Assembly: GCA_964016885.1 (NCBI GenBank)
Contig: OZ024745.1
Span: 100,688,001 to 100,752,000 of the forward strand
Reading direction: 5' to 3'
Origin: Eledone cirrhosa
Lineage: Eukaryota
DNA length: 64,000 bases
Below are positions 1 to 14,439 of the stretch, one piece after another; position 1 is the first letter of the stretch, and each line of letters starts with the position of its first letter. The position numbers and the translations under genes are program-made. Below the pieces are notes generated by a model that was not told the origin of the DNA, searched no databases, and saw only the letters and a list, made by a program, of their open reading frames with translations.

Positions 1-657
1 GTCATGTCACACTGTGTTACGCTGAATCTCTCTGAAAACTACGTTAAGTGTACGCGTGTTTGTGAAATATTCAGCTAAATGAAAATTAATTTCATGAGCA
101 GACTGTTCCGTTGGTCGAACAACTGGACCACTCATTGTCGTAACCAACGGAATGCCAACAACCACACTGAGACGGTAATATTGTTTGTTCTGTAAGAGAC
201 GATATTGGAAGCCATATAGATAACTAAATGTATATATATATGATTTCACAGAACTTATGTTTACCGAATTCGCAGACCAGACCCCTTCTTCCTCCCGTTA
301 GACCTGTGCGAAATTCCTTCCTTGCTCACATTTCAACCAGGTTTGATGGTCTTTATTCTCTCGTTCACGATTTCACCGAATTTAAATTCATAGAAATCTG
401 GGACTTGTCTCTTTCTTCCTCATTTTCTGTTGCTTCACCATTTTGTTTGTTTCCTCTCGCGTCCCCTTTATTTACGTATCCCAACGACTTTTTTTAGCCG
501 TTGGTCGCACCAACCGGAGGTATATGGTCTTTAAAGCGATGAAATGCCTATGATGGTTGGAAGATCACTGATGAAGGACAAACTTTTTTCATATGTAACC
601 CATTTGCAACTCCGCAGCGCCCTTATTATCATATATATATATATATATATATATATA

Positions 658-1972
658 CGAGGTGTGTCATAAAGGTTCCAGGACTGATGTCACAAAAGAT
701 TTATTTCAAACCCAAACTTCACATAAGAGTTTTCTCCTTCAAAGTAATTCCCCTGGAGTATGTAACTGTAATCTTAGCTCTCTGCAGCGATCAAACTTTT
801 TTCTTCATAATTTTATATACATGTCCTCTGTTTCAGGTCGTCAAGCAATGAGTACAGAGCAACGAACAAACTTGAAGTTTCTGGTACAGTTGGGGAAAAC
901 TCCGTCAGAAGCACTGGGATTGCGGCAGCAAGTGCATGGAGATGAGACAATGTCACGCTCACGTGTTTTTGAGTGGTGCAAGAGGTTTAAAGAAGGACGC
1001 GAGGACGTGGAAGATGACCCCAGGAGCGGAAGGCCCTCAACAACCAGGACTGAGGTCAACGTTGAGCGCGTCAGGCAGATGGTGCGTAGCGATCGTCGGC
1101 TGACTGTTCGTCTGATGGCAAATGAGCTGGGCATGAATCCGGACAGCGTCTGGAAGATTCTTACTGAAGATTTGGACATGCGGAAAGTCTGCGCGAAGAT
1201 GGTGCCAAAACTGCTGAACGATGACCAGAAGGGTCGACGCATGCAAGTGTGCCAGGACATCCTCGAGCGTCTTGAAACCGAACCAGACTTGCTAGGGACA
1301 GTCATCACCGGTGATGAGTCATGGATCTTCAAGTACGACCCGGAAACCAAACGCCAGAGCCTTCAGTGGAAGAGTCCGTCGTCGCCAAGGCCGAAGAAAG
1401 CACGACATTCGAAGTCCAAAGTCAAGGTCATGTTGAACAGATTCTTCGATATGAGGGGGATCGTCCACTGCGAGTTCTTGCCACAGGGCTAGACGATCAA
1501 CCAACATGTCTACAAAAGAGATACTGCAGCATTTGCTTCGTTCAGTGCGTGAGAAGAGGCGAGAGTTGTAGCAGCACAACTCGTGGCTGCTTCACCATGA
1601 CAACGCGCCTGCTCACAATGCCCTGAGCATCCGACAGTTCCTGGCCGAGAAGAAGATCGCCGTGTTGGAGCAACCTCCCTACTCACCCGACCTGGCTCCG
1701 TGTGATTTTTTCCTATTCCCCAAGCTCAAGGGGGTCATCAAGGGGACCCGTTTTGAAGACGTGGATGACATAAAAAAAAGGCCGTGACGACGGAACTGCG
1801 GAGGATCCCGGAAGAATCCTTCCAGGAGTGCATGCAAGCGTGGCAGAAAAGGATGGAAAAGTGCATTAGACTCCAGGGCGATTACTTTGAAGGAGATAAC
1901 TCTTAGTGTGAAGTTTGGGTTTGAAATAAATCTTTTGTGACATCAGTCCTGGAACTTTTCTAACACACCCCG
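658..1972 (+). mobile_element. Mariner (Tc1/mariner, DD34D-type) DNA transposon, full length
   Basis: Terminal inverted repeats of about 66 bp (cgaggtgtgtcataaaggttccaggactgatgtcacaaaagatttatttcaaacccaaacttcaca and its near reverse complement ending at 1972), TA on both sides, 1.3-kb length. Confidence 0.95.
848..1906 (+). pseudogene. Mariner transposase pseudogene
   Basis: HTH region (MSRSRVFEWCKRFKEGRE, PRSGRPS), MVPKLL (WVPHEL-like), TGDESW, HHDNAPAH and YSPDLAPCDFFLF. Premature TAG at 1490-1492 and frameshifts near 1515 and 1775. Confidence 0.93.
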
Positions 1973-2485
1973 TATATATATACATATAATGAAAATAAAA
2001 GTTACGGGCGAAATAGGGAAATATCCATCATCAGTTGTCTGCTAGGAATCATAGATATTTTTTCGCGTTAGAGACAAGATAGTTCAGCCTAGAGGGGGGG
2101 GGGGGGCAATAACTAAAATAAGTTATTGGGATAAAAAAAAAAAGGGGGGGGGTGTAAACACACGAAAAGTGAAGCAACGTAAAGAGAGGAAAAATATCAA
2201 GTCAACAACTTTTTTCGAACATAAGTCCTGGCAAACACGAACATGTATTATGTGTACATGACTGTCTGTATGTGTGTATAAATATATATATATATATGTA
2301 TGAATGATCCCGTAACTCCTGAGGGAGTCATAGGAGTGCCACATTGACATACAGCGTTTCTAGGCCATTTTAAAACCTGGCAGAGACCATCTCCTCTCGT
2401 GGTCTGAATACAGAAAATTTCTTTCAGAGAAAGTATAGAGAGTAAGAGAGTGGATGTGAGGATGTAATATAGAAGAAGAATCTAC

Positions 2486-2635
2486 CCCAGTACTAGACTG
2501 GTACTTTTTTTATCGACCTCGAATGGAAGAATGGCAAAGTTGACCTCGGCGGTATTTGAACCAAGAGAGCAGAGAAACGGAACGAATACTGTAAAACATT
2601 CCATCCGACGTTTTAACGACTTTACCAATTTTCTG
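2486..2635 (-). mobile_element. Diverged tRNA-derived SINE copy
   Basis: Reverse complement of the ttcaaat...gaggtcaactttgcc...ggtcgataaaa...agtaccag core shared with the other SINE copies. Confidence 0.65.
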
Positions 2636-2699
2636 CCTCGTATAGACATATGCAGATAATTAAATGTATATATGTATCTATCTATTTACATCTGCGGAC

Positions 2700-3030
2700 A
2701 AAATGTGGTTCCTACGATAGATTGAGTAGCAGGGAGATCAAAATGTCGCTCTGGGTAGAGCCGCTGCTTCTCCGAATTGAGAGATCACAGCTCCAATGTT
2801 ACAGTCATGTGGTTAGAATGTCTCATGAAAAAAATTCGCTGCACAGATTTTTATGAGCAAGACCAACCGACAGAAGTCCCAGGTGTTGACACCGAGCAAG
2901 ATGGTCGGCTAATATCCATGAACTTGGCTGTTCTCGCTTGGGGATCCGACCGGAGGATCAACTGAAGACGGTTGCTTCTCACAGGACCCCTTAAAAGACG
3001 TGCTTGAGAATTCTGCTCCTCCGAACCTTA
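2700..3030 (+). mobile_element. RTE-clade LINE 3' fragment
   Basis: Translation EPLLLRIERSQLQCYSHVVRM followed by an RPR..R.RW-like motif, typical of the RTE ORF C-terminus. Confidence 0.75.
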
Positions 3031-3410
3031 CAGTAATAAGTAGGAAAACCTTCTTAAAATCAACCAACAGTTTACCCTTCTAGCTACAGATTTTAAATCT
3101 TATTTGAAAAGAAAAAAAAAAAAAATAAGAATTGACTCTTTAACGTTGTAGTTAAAGCGCATAGACAACATCCAAAAGATACAGGTTTCCATTTCTTGCA
3201 AGCGCTTCTATCCACATTTTTACGATTCCAGGACACTCTATCCGATTTTATCAACTATTATAATATTGTGCATCGAGACGACTGCATTTCAAATTTACCC
3301 TATGTTTATTAAGTCAACAAATTGTTTATATATATATATATATGTGTGTGTGTGTTTGTGTATATGTGTATATATATATATATATGTATATATATGTATA
3401 TATATGTATG

Positions 3411-3451
<41 letters not shown>

Positions 3452-4070
3452 TACACACTCCAGAGTAGATTTCATAATGTATTATCAACATCACATCATA
3501 CACATTTCCATATATATATTAGAATACATGGCACATTATGCACAAAGTATATAGTTTATTTTTCTAACAAATATATTTTTTCATATCATTTCATTTCTTT
3601 ACACGCTATCACTCTCTCTCACTCCCTCCTCACCATCCTTTCTCTACGTTGATTTCTATTTATTTATCTTTGTATATGCGAAAACGAAATTCGGCATTCA
3701 ACTAAAACATTTTATAACTCGGCAGTTGTGCCGAAGTAAGATTATATCAACAGTATTTAAAGCCTTAATGTATAAAGTGTTATTTTTGCTGGATGGGGTT
3801 GGTTTCATTCCTTTAAACATAGATGTATCATTCAATCTGTAGAACGCCCCTCTCCCACGACCAGCAATGATTCAGTTTAGCATTAAAGATAATATCAGCA
3901 GTTATAGTATAAAAACATATCTTTATATCGATAGGCAAGGGCTATCTAAATTACATTATGAATGGATTGAAATGTTGCTTCACGATTTCACCTCGAAATT
4001 TAAGTGGTTTGTAACAGTTCAAATATTTAGGTCTAGCAGAAGGCTCGAATAATACTCAAATATACATAAC

Positions 4071-4172
<102 letters not shown>

Positions 4173-4217
4173 CACACATCATATATATATACACATACAC
4201 ACCTCATATATATATAT

Positions 4218-4406
4218 AACAAAGGAATTGTGGTAAGGAACCAGATGGACCATAACGCACCAGAGTACTCAATACTTAGGGTAGTAGAGTGGGAAACAGG
4301 AAAAAGTATGACCCCGACGGCAGAGCTCAAGCCGTTTCGACGGCTATTTCTGGACTGAAATAGCCGTCGAAACGGCTTGAGCTCTGCCGTCGGGGTCATA
4401 CTTTTT

Positions 4407-4409
<3 letters not shown>
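4218..4409 (-). mobile_element. Fold-back PLE-type terminal fragment in (TA)n
   Basis: Perfect 53-bp inverted arms 4298-4350 and 4357-4409 with a 6-nt loop, an 80-nt one-sided tail, and TA tracts on both sides. Confidence 0.65.
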
Positions 4410-4451
<42 letters not shown>

Positions 4452-5217
4452 TTCAAATTCTGCAAACTCTGCAATCGCTTGTCAGACTATAGAATTTGCA
4501 CTTTTAGGCTACCACCAGTCACACAAACCTTTAACATATCCTGAACACGGAATGCCTGTATACATACATGTACACATATACACGTACACAAAAATAGTAA
4601 GGGTAAACAATATAACAAAAAATGTATATTTGATAAAATAAAATACTGTGTTGAGAAGACATAACTGTTATATTTCATTCATTCATAATCATACATCTGA
4701 GTCAACTGAGACATGGCAAATAGCAAGACAATGCTGTCTAATAAGATGCATATATATTATGAGCTGTACCCATCCTTATCAAAGATAAGACACTTCACTC
4801 CCAATTCCATTCCTCCATTCAATAATATCTTTAGGTTTCAGAAGTCATTCCTTGCCTTTCTTGGTCAGGCTTAATAGGGTTTTCATGAATAATCCAGGCC
4901 AAGTAAGGCATGTGAGATCACGCTCAAATTAATAAAAAATTAAACGGATGAATCCAGTGTCGATTGAATCTGGTAGTTTGGTAATGATGAGGATGATAAG
5001 AAAAAGGTTTTGCTCTTATAACGTCTAACCGAATAATTTTCAGATTCTAGATAACTGAGATATATAAAGATTTGAGGGTCAGTGAATAATGACAGTCATA
5101 ACTTAAAATAATGCCCGGGAAAATTACCAAGGGAAGTCTTCCGCTTGAAAAATAAAGGTAAACAAGGGCTTACAAATTTAAGGCAGTTAATCGTGGATTA
5201 TAAATATATATATATAT

Positions 5218-5305
5218 GAATATCGAGTGCTAAGTTTGGCATACCGCCTATGGAAGCACATTAGCTATCATTATACACAACTATATATATATATATATAT
5301 ATATT

Positions 5306-5340
<35 letters not shown>

Positions 5341-5522
5341 ATAATAATAAATTTGAAGACTAAAATCCAAAGAGGGCTCGATAAGGATAAATATATATCA
5401 AATATATAAGAACCGTAGAGCAAATATTTATTAAAATAACAGATTAAAGTTTAAGCAAAGAATCGCTGCTTTCACACTTAACGGGATCTTATTCTTTGCT
5501 TAAACTTTAATCTGCTATTTTA

Positions 5523-5530
<8 letters not shown>
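5218..5530 (-). repeat. Third copy of the composite PLE-terminal block also at 12370-12667 and 15827-16130
   Basis: Same order and near-identical sequence: atatcgagtgctaagtttggc...(TA)n...gtaataataataaatttgaagactaaaatcc...hairpin. Confidence 0.85.
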
Positions 5531-5590
<60 letters not shown>

Positions 5591-5977
5591 ATATACACAT
5601 AGACATATGAATATGTGTGTATATCCTTATTATATGGTCCCAAACTCCCCTATGGTCGAGTTAACCAGGCGTGTACTAACTGCTTTTTCTAGCAAATACG
5701 TTACTCGATTACTGACCACCTTTACTACTCTTCTGTGACTGTATTACGTGTTAATGTCTCCCTCCGCCTCTCGAGAATTTCTCACTTGCTACGAACGCGT
5801 CAAGAAACAGTCCTTTTTGCGGGGTCTTTTCATAATTCATATCAATCTCACAGCGATTTTGCACCTTTATAGTGAATTAGTGAATTAATCGGTGCAAACG
5901 GATTTGGCGAAACTGCAGTCGGGACTTTGAAGAAAAAATAGGTATATTTTTGTCTATTATTTCCTCGTATTTTTAAT

Positions 5978-6048
<71 letters not shown>

Positions 6049-6178
6049 AATGTCCGTGGTGCAAAGACTATGAAGACCACAAATCAATGTAGTATTCGAT
6101 GTATGATGAACTACAGAGAGGTAGAATCCTGTCGGCGTACCCTGCCGTTTCAACTTGTTTCTAAAGCTTTTTCAAAAT

Positions 6179-6224
<46 letters not shown>

Positions 6225-6631
6225 ATATCGACAACCTATCATCCACGAAGCGGTTGCCGTCATAGTACCGATAAAACAACAACAAAAAGTAATAATAATA
6301 TCGGATCTGTTAAGATCTGCTTATGTATGTGGGTTAGAAAGTCTTGATCTAACAGCCAGATGTCCCATTAGATATCTATAAAATGTATGAATGAAATAGC
6401 AGCAACACGACAGACATTTTTATTGCTTAGTTACACAAGGAACCAGTCCATTTGCAAGGCCTCCAAAATGAGTGGTTCATCAGGTGACCTAGTCTGAATG
6501 CTTACAACAAACTGGATTCTAGTAAAGCTACTGAAGAGTCAGAAATATAGCAAGAAATCCTGTTTAAGGTATAGCGTTTAACTTTATTGTGACCTTTTTC
6601 TTACAAAAAAAAACAAAAAGAAAAAAAAGTA

Positions 6632-6793
6632 ATAATTGTTTCTACTTTTGGCACAAGGCCAGCAATTATACCAGTGTATTACTGGTACTTTATTTTATCG
6701 ACCCCGGCGTTATTCTCGGCGGAATTTGAACTCAGACCATAAAGGGCCGTAACTCTTTGCTGCAAAGCATGGCGTCCGACCCTCTACCGATAC
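6632..6793 (-). mobile_element. tRNA-derived SINE
   Basis: Reverse complement of gtatcggtagagggtcgg...gagttcaaat (B box)...ggtcgataaaataaagtaccag...ggccttgtgccaaaagtagaaacaatta. Confidence 0.85.
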
Positions 6794-9700
6794 GTGCGTC
6801 CAGCAACGGAAATATAGACCTGATCCATCTGAAAATTGATCGCAATCAAATCGCTCTCGTTTGAAAAAGCGATGTCTTCTTCGTAACGGTCTTAATCTAA
6901 TTGAATCATCAAAACTGTTTATCAACCAAGTGTTGGCTTCATATAACGTCTCACATTTTTAGCTTTAAGTCTATCTCACATTCAGCAACAGCAAATTCAG
7001 TGGGAGTAAAATAAAATTGTACTGGCGATATATTTTTGCCCAGTATACTTTGGTTTGAAGTTTTAATGTTATCAATTTTTGAAGATCCAAATATAGAGTT
7101 AGCCAAGCAAACTCCGTCCTTATTAAGTTGTCGTGCAAGATGTTTGAAACCAGGTTACATATATGTTGTTTTGAGGTCATGATTAAGGTTCTTCGGTGAA
7201 TAATTTGTATCTATAGGCCGTAGGGAAAATTAAATCTTTATGCTCTCCCTGCACAAATTTATCTAATTGACTAATGAAAAACTTCATTCATTTTGAATTA
7301 GCGAAAAATAACTTTAGTATCGAATCTATGACAGTTTTATTAATATTTTGAGAAACAGTGTGCATATATAGTAATTGTTTCTTTATTAGGCACAGGGTGC
7401 GCACTGTATCTACAGAATAAATTAATCAACTTTCAGCAGTATGTTTCTGATTTCTATACTTGATAAAATGATCTAACAATAAATAAGCAGTTTAAAAAAT
7501 TACACACGGATATCGATAGATTTGAAAAGATTGAATTCAAGCGTTAGTAACAAGTCCGTTGAACTGATGTATAAATCTAAAATATATAAATTAGAATCAG
7601 GATATGCTTAATTCCATGTCATTATGAATAAACACATAAGTTCGATACTCGAATAATGTTCCCTTAATTTTAAATAAATGTATTCCGAGCTTAATTTTTT
7701 AAAAAGATCAAAACCGATTACATAAATGAAATGTATTTGGCCGACATTGAAAAAAGGTGGGAAGGAATTGAAGCCAATGACTAAAAAGTACAACGTACGG
7801 TGCTCTAAGCTTTCTGCGCGAACTTCATTGACAATGAAATATTGATTTCTCTTTTAATAGATTTAGTGTGTGTGTGTGTGTGTGTTTATATGTATACAGA
7901 TGTTTCAAATGTTTACTATTTATATACAACAGTTACTATGTTCTATTCAAATGAAACATTGAAATGTGACGTTCTTAACGAGAATATTTATAAGTATTCT
8001 TTTACAGTACCATCTCATTTGAAGAGAAACCTTACACACACAGAAGGAAATTACAAAACTGATTTATAATATAGAATGAGATTGCATTATAGCAAATATT
8101 CATCTACTTATATCAAGAAACATAAAGATGTGATTAGATTCTCACTTTTTCTTTTGGAAAATATATTCACTTTTAGTTTTGAGAATATATTCGCCAAGTG
8201 AGTTGGTCAGAAAAGTAATTTGTCAACTTAAAAATATAACTTATTGCCACACCTCTTTAGATTTGTCCTTAACTATTTGGGAGAAGGTTTTTGGATTTGC
8301 TTAAAGATAGATTTGTTAAAAGTAAAACATATAAAATAAGAAAACTTCCAATCTGTAAAATTTAAAACAGCATTATATTAAAATAACAAAAAAGGACATA
8401 GCAATTCAGTTTACCCAATAATTCAAACTGACAATATTTAACGCGTGTTTTCATTTAAATCTCGGTATCTTTTTGAATCTAAAACCAACTGATAAACTAT
8501 AAATATGTATGAATATTCATTTTAATGATATTTGATATCAGTGAAGCTGCGAGGAACTTGATCTCGTTATAAAGAAATGAGAGTAACATGGAGAAATGTT
8601 TAAAATTGAAATGCTTGATTTAAAGAATATAAATCGAAGTAGTTTTAAATTTCATATGAAATCCAGTTACAATAATACCTTATCTCATGTCTTCTTGTTA
8701 TGTTCCTCCAGTCTAAGGGCGATGTATATTCACTTACTACATATTTCTCTGTGTATGTATATGTGTGCGAATGAAATTTCTTCCTCCTTACCTTAATGCT
8801 CCACTCTCAGTATCTCTTTCTCTCGCTCTCTTTCTCTCTGATGATTCAAATTAGAAAGACACCATCTGCCCATCAGCAATCTCCTTTTTTTCATTAATTA
8901 AAATTAACCACTATTTTTCCACTCGCATTTTAAATTGTTAATTAAGTTTAACAGTGCTACTTAAAATATTTGCCAGGTGCCGGAAATGCACAAGATATGA
9001 AACCTTTTTTTTTTACTTGGTGTCTGTTGAGATTGGGTCACATCGAATTATATTGTTTCCACAAGTTGGAAGAAGAGAAGAGGAAGAGGAATATTACCCC
9101 CCCCCCCCCCCCCCCACCAAAAAAAAAAGGTTAATACAAACCTGAAAGATATATTATTTCAATATGTAGTTTCTACTTGGAGATAGAAGAAAGAAAAAAA
9201 AACATGATAGGCCGTTGACTGGAACCAAATAAATAATAGAATATATTAAGTAAATAAAAGTAGAGAAATTAGTGTGAACATGTGTTTTTTGAAATTCTAA
9301 CGCGGTACAATTGTGTCTTAAAAGTAAAAAAAATAATAACGTGGGGGAAAACAGGCTACAACCTTTTCTAAATCATCTCGAGTTTAAATTAAATCAACAG
9401 TTCCCACCCTTTTCTAAATCTTATTTCTTTTATTTCATGTTTTATTCAAAATTTCCTCTCTACTTATTTAAGTATTTCTGACTGCGTTATCTCGTTTATT
9501 TATTTATTTATATTTTTGCTTGTTTTCATTTTTTCTTTCTTTTTTCATTTTCCTTCCCACGCACCTATAATCATATACATCTATTGTTTTCCTAACATAT
9601 TGCTACTTCAGTTTTTCTTTGTTTTTCAATTCTCATATGTTAATTGTTTGTTCGTGAAATATTTTAATTAAATTAATATAAATTTGTCTTTAAAATACCA

Positions 9701-10519
9701 GTGATAAATATGAACTTATGAAAGGAACTTTTTAAAATTTATTTTAGTCAAAGGAAAGAAAAACTTGTAATTTTCTTTTAATGCCATACGTTACAATTTA
9801 ATATATCAAGATTTACATACAATTGTTTGTTGTTTAACGTTATGTCCGTACCGATCCGTTCAATCTACCGATCCGTTCAAAAGATGTTCTTGCTGTGACC
9901 ATATCGATTTGAACATTTGAGAAGGGCTTGGCTGCTACTTTTAGCAGATTGAGTGACCACATGGGAGCTCCCTTCTTGATTCTTTGTAGGAGTTATAGTT
10001 TATGCACGAGTCACTCCTCATTAAGCAGAGCTATGATCAAAGACGTCTCAAGCAATATATTTGGTGTCATTTTATTTTGTCTAATCTTTCTAGTTCAAGA
10101 GAGTACGTGCAGACCTTTCATATTGGCTCAACTAGACAAAATACAATCCACCGTTGTTTGTAGCAGCAATATTGTAGAAATATCGAGTGCTGTTTTGGGT
10201 TTACAAATTACGTTTGATATTTTTGAAGCAATTTGTTCTAATTAGATAATATACATCACAATTCCATAGTGATGAAAGAACAACTACCGTGACAACAGCA
10301 ATGATATCAACGAGACATGAACAACATAAAAAACAACGAATCAATAAGGAAACCCAAACGTGATTGCTTGGATTGCTCGACTCAGCAGTTAAATATTTTA
10401 CACCCTTTCATCGTAAACTAAGAGAGAATAGATTGTACAATGTAGTCCACTAACATATTAAATATATATGGCAGGAACACTTCTATATAGAGTCTAAACA
10501 TCATTATCATTATCGTTAT

Positions 10520-10640
10520 GATCTGAGTTCAAATCCCGCCGAGGTTAACTTTGCCTTTCATCCTTACAAGGTCGATAAAATAAAGTACCAGTAATGCACT
10601 GGAATAATTGCTGACCTTGTGCCAAAAGTAGAAACAATTA
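10520..10640 (+). mobile_element. 5'-truncated SINE with target-site duplication
   Basis: SINE core and 3' end, flanked by the 17-bp direct repeat attatcattatcgttat (10503-10519, 10637-10653). Confidence 0.88.
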
Positions 10641-11404
10641 TCATTATCGTTATCATCATGAATATCGTCACGATTACATTTAAAAAAAGCAGTGACTAAA
10701 ATTGCTGTAAAACTTTATAACTCTCTCACGTGTACAATGAACAACATTAATAATTACAATAACATAAGAAGAAGCAATAGAAGATTGTCATTGATGATTA
10801 TATTGCTGAAAATACTGAGACTATTGATGATTATAGTGATGATGATACAGTGATGATGATAGTAATGTAGATTATCTTAACTATAATAAAGAAAGGAGCG
10901 AGGGACTGCGTCCAGAATATTTTTTTTATCCCGTTTGTAAAATAAGTTGGATTACCTCCCTTTATGATCTGAGTTCAAATCCCACCGAGGTTAACTTTGC
11001 CGTTCATCCTTATGGGGTCGATAAAATAAAGTACCAGTAATACACTGGGATAATTGCTGGCCTTGTGCCAAAAGTAGAAACAATTTTTAAAACATTGATG
11101 TTTAGAAACGTTGGTCTAAAATGTTTCGACATCATTGTCATACATAAACTATTTCTGGAAAGAAAAAAAGAATAGACGTCTAGAATATGTTTGAAGAAAT
11201 GTCAATTGACTCGAGGCTAAATCACAACAGCAATAATTATTTGTCAAAATATTAAATATGTGTGTGTGTGTATACGTATATATGTATATACGTATGTGTA
11301 TATATATGAATATATATATATAGATATATATATATATATATTGGGTATTAAATAAACAATGAAAATAAAAACAACAAAGTCAAGTTACTTTACCTATTCA
11401 TATC

Positions 11405-11530
11405 ATTGTTTTACGATCGTTTCGGAGGGTCGATCATATTGACATATTGCCTGATCTATACCAGTTATATAACTGTATACTATCAGACCTCATATATGGG
11501 TTCGATCAGGCCGTCTTCTTCGGAAACAAT
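11405..11530 (-). ncRNA. Degenerate type I hammerhead motif (duplicate at 16994-17119 +)
   Basis: attgttt-CCGAAGA-long stem II region-GAAA-cgatcg-TA-aaacaat. Core has U4C. Related to the intact motif at 38753-38900. Confidence 0.5.
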
Positions 11531-11870
11531 CATTGTTTATATACATATATATTTTTTATTTTTTATTTAGGTTTGTTGGTTTACCACTGGATAGAACTGG
11601 TCATTCCGTATGGTCAACCTCGATGTAATATTATGGAGAGCACTCAACGTAATGCAACTCACCCGTCTTCGTTTGTGTAGTTGGTGGTGCGAGTACGGAG
11701 TTAATGATTATAAAATAACAGGAGGCTGGACTGGTGTAATTCCTTAAAATGTTTATTATACTATGATCATTTCAATGACCGGGTAGAAGCTGCTAAATGT
11801 TTGGTCGCCCTCATGTCTCTGTTTTCAGCCCCATGCATTTTGCCTATTATATTCCTTTGTTATATTTCGA

Positions 11871-11928
11871 ATACCCGATGATGTCACCGGATTCATACTG
11901 AACCCGGTCATTGAAATGATCATAGTAT
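11871..11928 (+). ncRNA. Type I hammerhead, core-mutated copy
   Basis: atac-CCGATGA-stem II-GAAA-tgatca-TA-gtat. The duplicate at 16595-16652 has intact CTGATGA. Confidence 0.65.
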
Positions 11929-11971
11929 AATAAACCTTTAAGGAATTACACCAGTCCCGCCTCCTGTTATT

Positions 11972-12004
<33 letters not shown>

Positions 12005-12011
<7 letters not shown>

Positions 12012-12432
12012 AGAAAAGGAAAAATCAGTGATGCATCTGGACTTAATTTATTGCGTGTTACAATCGTTTCTCCGGCAGGTAGCTCGAGACGTGGTCCTTG
12101 TATGGATCCGGCTGATTCTACTTCTGCAGGTTCATTCAGACACGAGTATTTCGTTTGGAGCAAATTTTATCACATTTTATCACATAAAATTTGCTCCTAA
12201 CGAAATACTCACGTCTGAATGAACCTGCAGAAGTACAATCAGCCGGATCCATACAAGGACCACGTCTCGAGCTACCTGCCGGAGAAACGATTGTAACACG
12301 CAATAAATTAAGTCCAGATGCATCACTGATTTTTCGTTTTCTTTATAATATCTACACTCTACTCTGATAAATATCGAGTGCTAAGTTTGGCATACCGCCT
12401 ATGGAAGCAGCTTAGCTACCATTATACACAAC
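12005..12432 (+). mobile_element. Fold-back PLE-type insert with a hammerhead motif in each arm
   Basis: Inverted arms of about 165 bp (12005-12173, 12186-12350) plus an 80-nt tail. HHR motifs at 12054-12144 (-) and 12210-12300 (+). Confidence 0.75.
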
Positions 12433-12659
12433 TATATATATATATATAGTAATAATAATAAATTTGAAGACTAAAATCCAAAGAGGGCTCGATAAGGATA
12501 AATATATATCAAATATATAAGAACCGTAGAGCAAATAATTATTAAAATAACAGATTAAAGTTTAAGCAAAGAATCGCTGCTTTCACCCTTAACGGGATTT
12601 TCTGAGTTTCAGAAGATCCCGTTAAGGGTGAAAGCAGCGATTCTTTGCTTAATCTTTTA

Positions 12660-12707
<48 letters not shown>

Positions 12708-12743
12708 GTCTATTAAGATACATATTTGTAATATTTCCTATTA

Positions 12744-12776
<33 letters not shown>

Positions 12777-13548
12777 TAGATAGATAAGTAAGTTGGATTG
12801 CTTTGAATAAATAATAAATGAATATTATATAATTTATCTACTAAATTTCGTAACTCTTGATTAAATATATTTTATTGCTTATTTAAAGATTCACTTCTTT
12901 AACATTTTCAAATGTCAACACTTCCAGTTAGCGGTCGCTTAAATAAACATTCATATATTTCCGTTACTAATTTTTTTCCTAATGCAGTTTATATATAATA
13001 TTGTCTTTTTTTAATGTATCATGGATTACGTTACTGATTACATAAGACAGTGTAACGCAGTCTTCGTTCAATTTCTGTGGATACTGTCAATGACGATTTT
13101 ATTTGATGTATCATATCTACGTGCATGTATACTTGCATATAATATCAATATGCACACTACACATGCTAGCAGAAAACCACCCGAGGGTGGCTTTTCTGCT
13201 AGTCATCAAAATGAGGGTGATAGCAGAAATGACGAAAATAAGAAGTTATGGTGGAATGAAGAACTTTCATAAATGTCAATGAATAATGTTTCAGTAATCA
13301 ACTGAGAAAAAGAAGCTATAATAGATTTATTCAACATAGAACATATTATGGATGAGAAGCTACCTGATGCACTGTGAGTGTTGAAGGTACGTTAAGTAAA
13401 CTCATCGATGTCTTACGATATTGTAGAATAACAATATAAATTGAAGAAGGAGAGGGTGAGGTGATTAGAATTAGTAAAAGAGGTGAAAGAAAGATCCCAC
13501 ACGTATGTTCAAGTTTGGTCAACATATTAATTGTATTATAGTGTAAAA

Positions 13549-13731
13549 GGGCGGTGAATTGGCAGTATCGGTAGAAAGTTGGACGCCATGCTTTCTAGCA
13601 TAGTTACGTCCCTTTACGGTTTGAGTTCAAATCCTGTCGAGGTTAACTTTCATCCTTACGGGGTCGATAAAATAAAGTACCAGTAATGTACTGGTTAATT
13701 GCTGGCCTTGTGCCAAAAGTAGAACCAATTA
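13549..13731 (+). mobile_element. tRNA-derived SINE, full length
   Basis: A box (tggcagtatcgg), B box (gagttcaaatcc), core and 3' end. Confidence 0.88.
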
Positions 13732-13748
13732 TATTGAAAATGTCTTTA

Positions 13749-13968
13749 GGGCAGTGAATTGGCAGAATTGGTAGAGCGTCGGATACCTTGCTTCGGGGCA
13801 TAGAGTTACGGCCCTTTACATTCTGGGTTTAAATCCTACCGAGGTTAGCTTTGCCTTTCATCCATACGGGGTTGATAGAATAAAGTACCAGTCACGCACT
13901 GGGGTCGATTTAATCGACTTTCTCCCTCCACAAAAACTCCTGACATTGTGCTTCTATGAGAACCCATT
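13749..13968 (+). mobile_element. tRNA-derived SINE, longer variant
   Basis: Same head and core plus an extra ggggtcgatttaatcgact segment. Lies in tandem with the previous copy. Confidence 0.82.
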
Positions 13969-14439
13969 AGAGTGTAAATGTCTGAATCTTCTACACACAA
14001 TTTATCCCTCTAACCTAATCCTCCGACAAAATCAGCTTGACATTTGAATTACAAAGAACATCCAAAGGGTATCCATGCAATTTTCATCTACACAACTTCC
14101 CTCGCAATGCATAGGTTAATCCGAGTCTATATCAGAATACATTAGCTCCCAAAACCTTATGATTTTAGCTTGCCTGTGAGAGACAGACATACGAAGGACA
14201 GACATGAGTGAAAGTGCGTGCGCATATATAAGCCCACACGTGTGTGTCTGTATGTATGTGATCTCGAAATTATAGCAAAAAGAAATTATGTGTGAGTCTA
14301 TCCGTGGTGTATAAAGTCAAATTTATATATTGAGATTAATTTCTTAGTAAGTTTCTATAAAACTCGTCGGATTGAAGTTAGATGTGGATTATATGAATCG
14401 AAATATATATATATATATATATATATATAATACAGATTT

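Larger units (their letters stand above)
10952..12667 (-). repeat. Left arm of a ~1.75-kb inverted duplication (partner 15827-17660)
   Basis: Colinear reverse-complement match containing a truncated SINE and several PLE-type terminal fragments separated by (TA)n. Small spurious ORFs are duplicated (11447+/16844-, 12028+/16278-). Confidence 0.93.

Noticed and set aside
6440-6580. CTGATGA (-) and CTGAAGA (+) cores
   Set aside because: The first lacks GAAA and the second lacks a credible stem II.
12603-12645. Hammerhead-like CAGAAGA-tcccgttaagggt-GAAA
   Set aside because: Altered core, no UH after helix III and no convincing stem I. Kept only as a fold-back repeat.
13549-13640. tRNA genes (A and B boxes)
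   Set aside because: These are SINE heads. No complete cloverleaf, and always followed by the SINE core.
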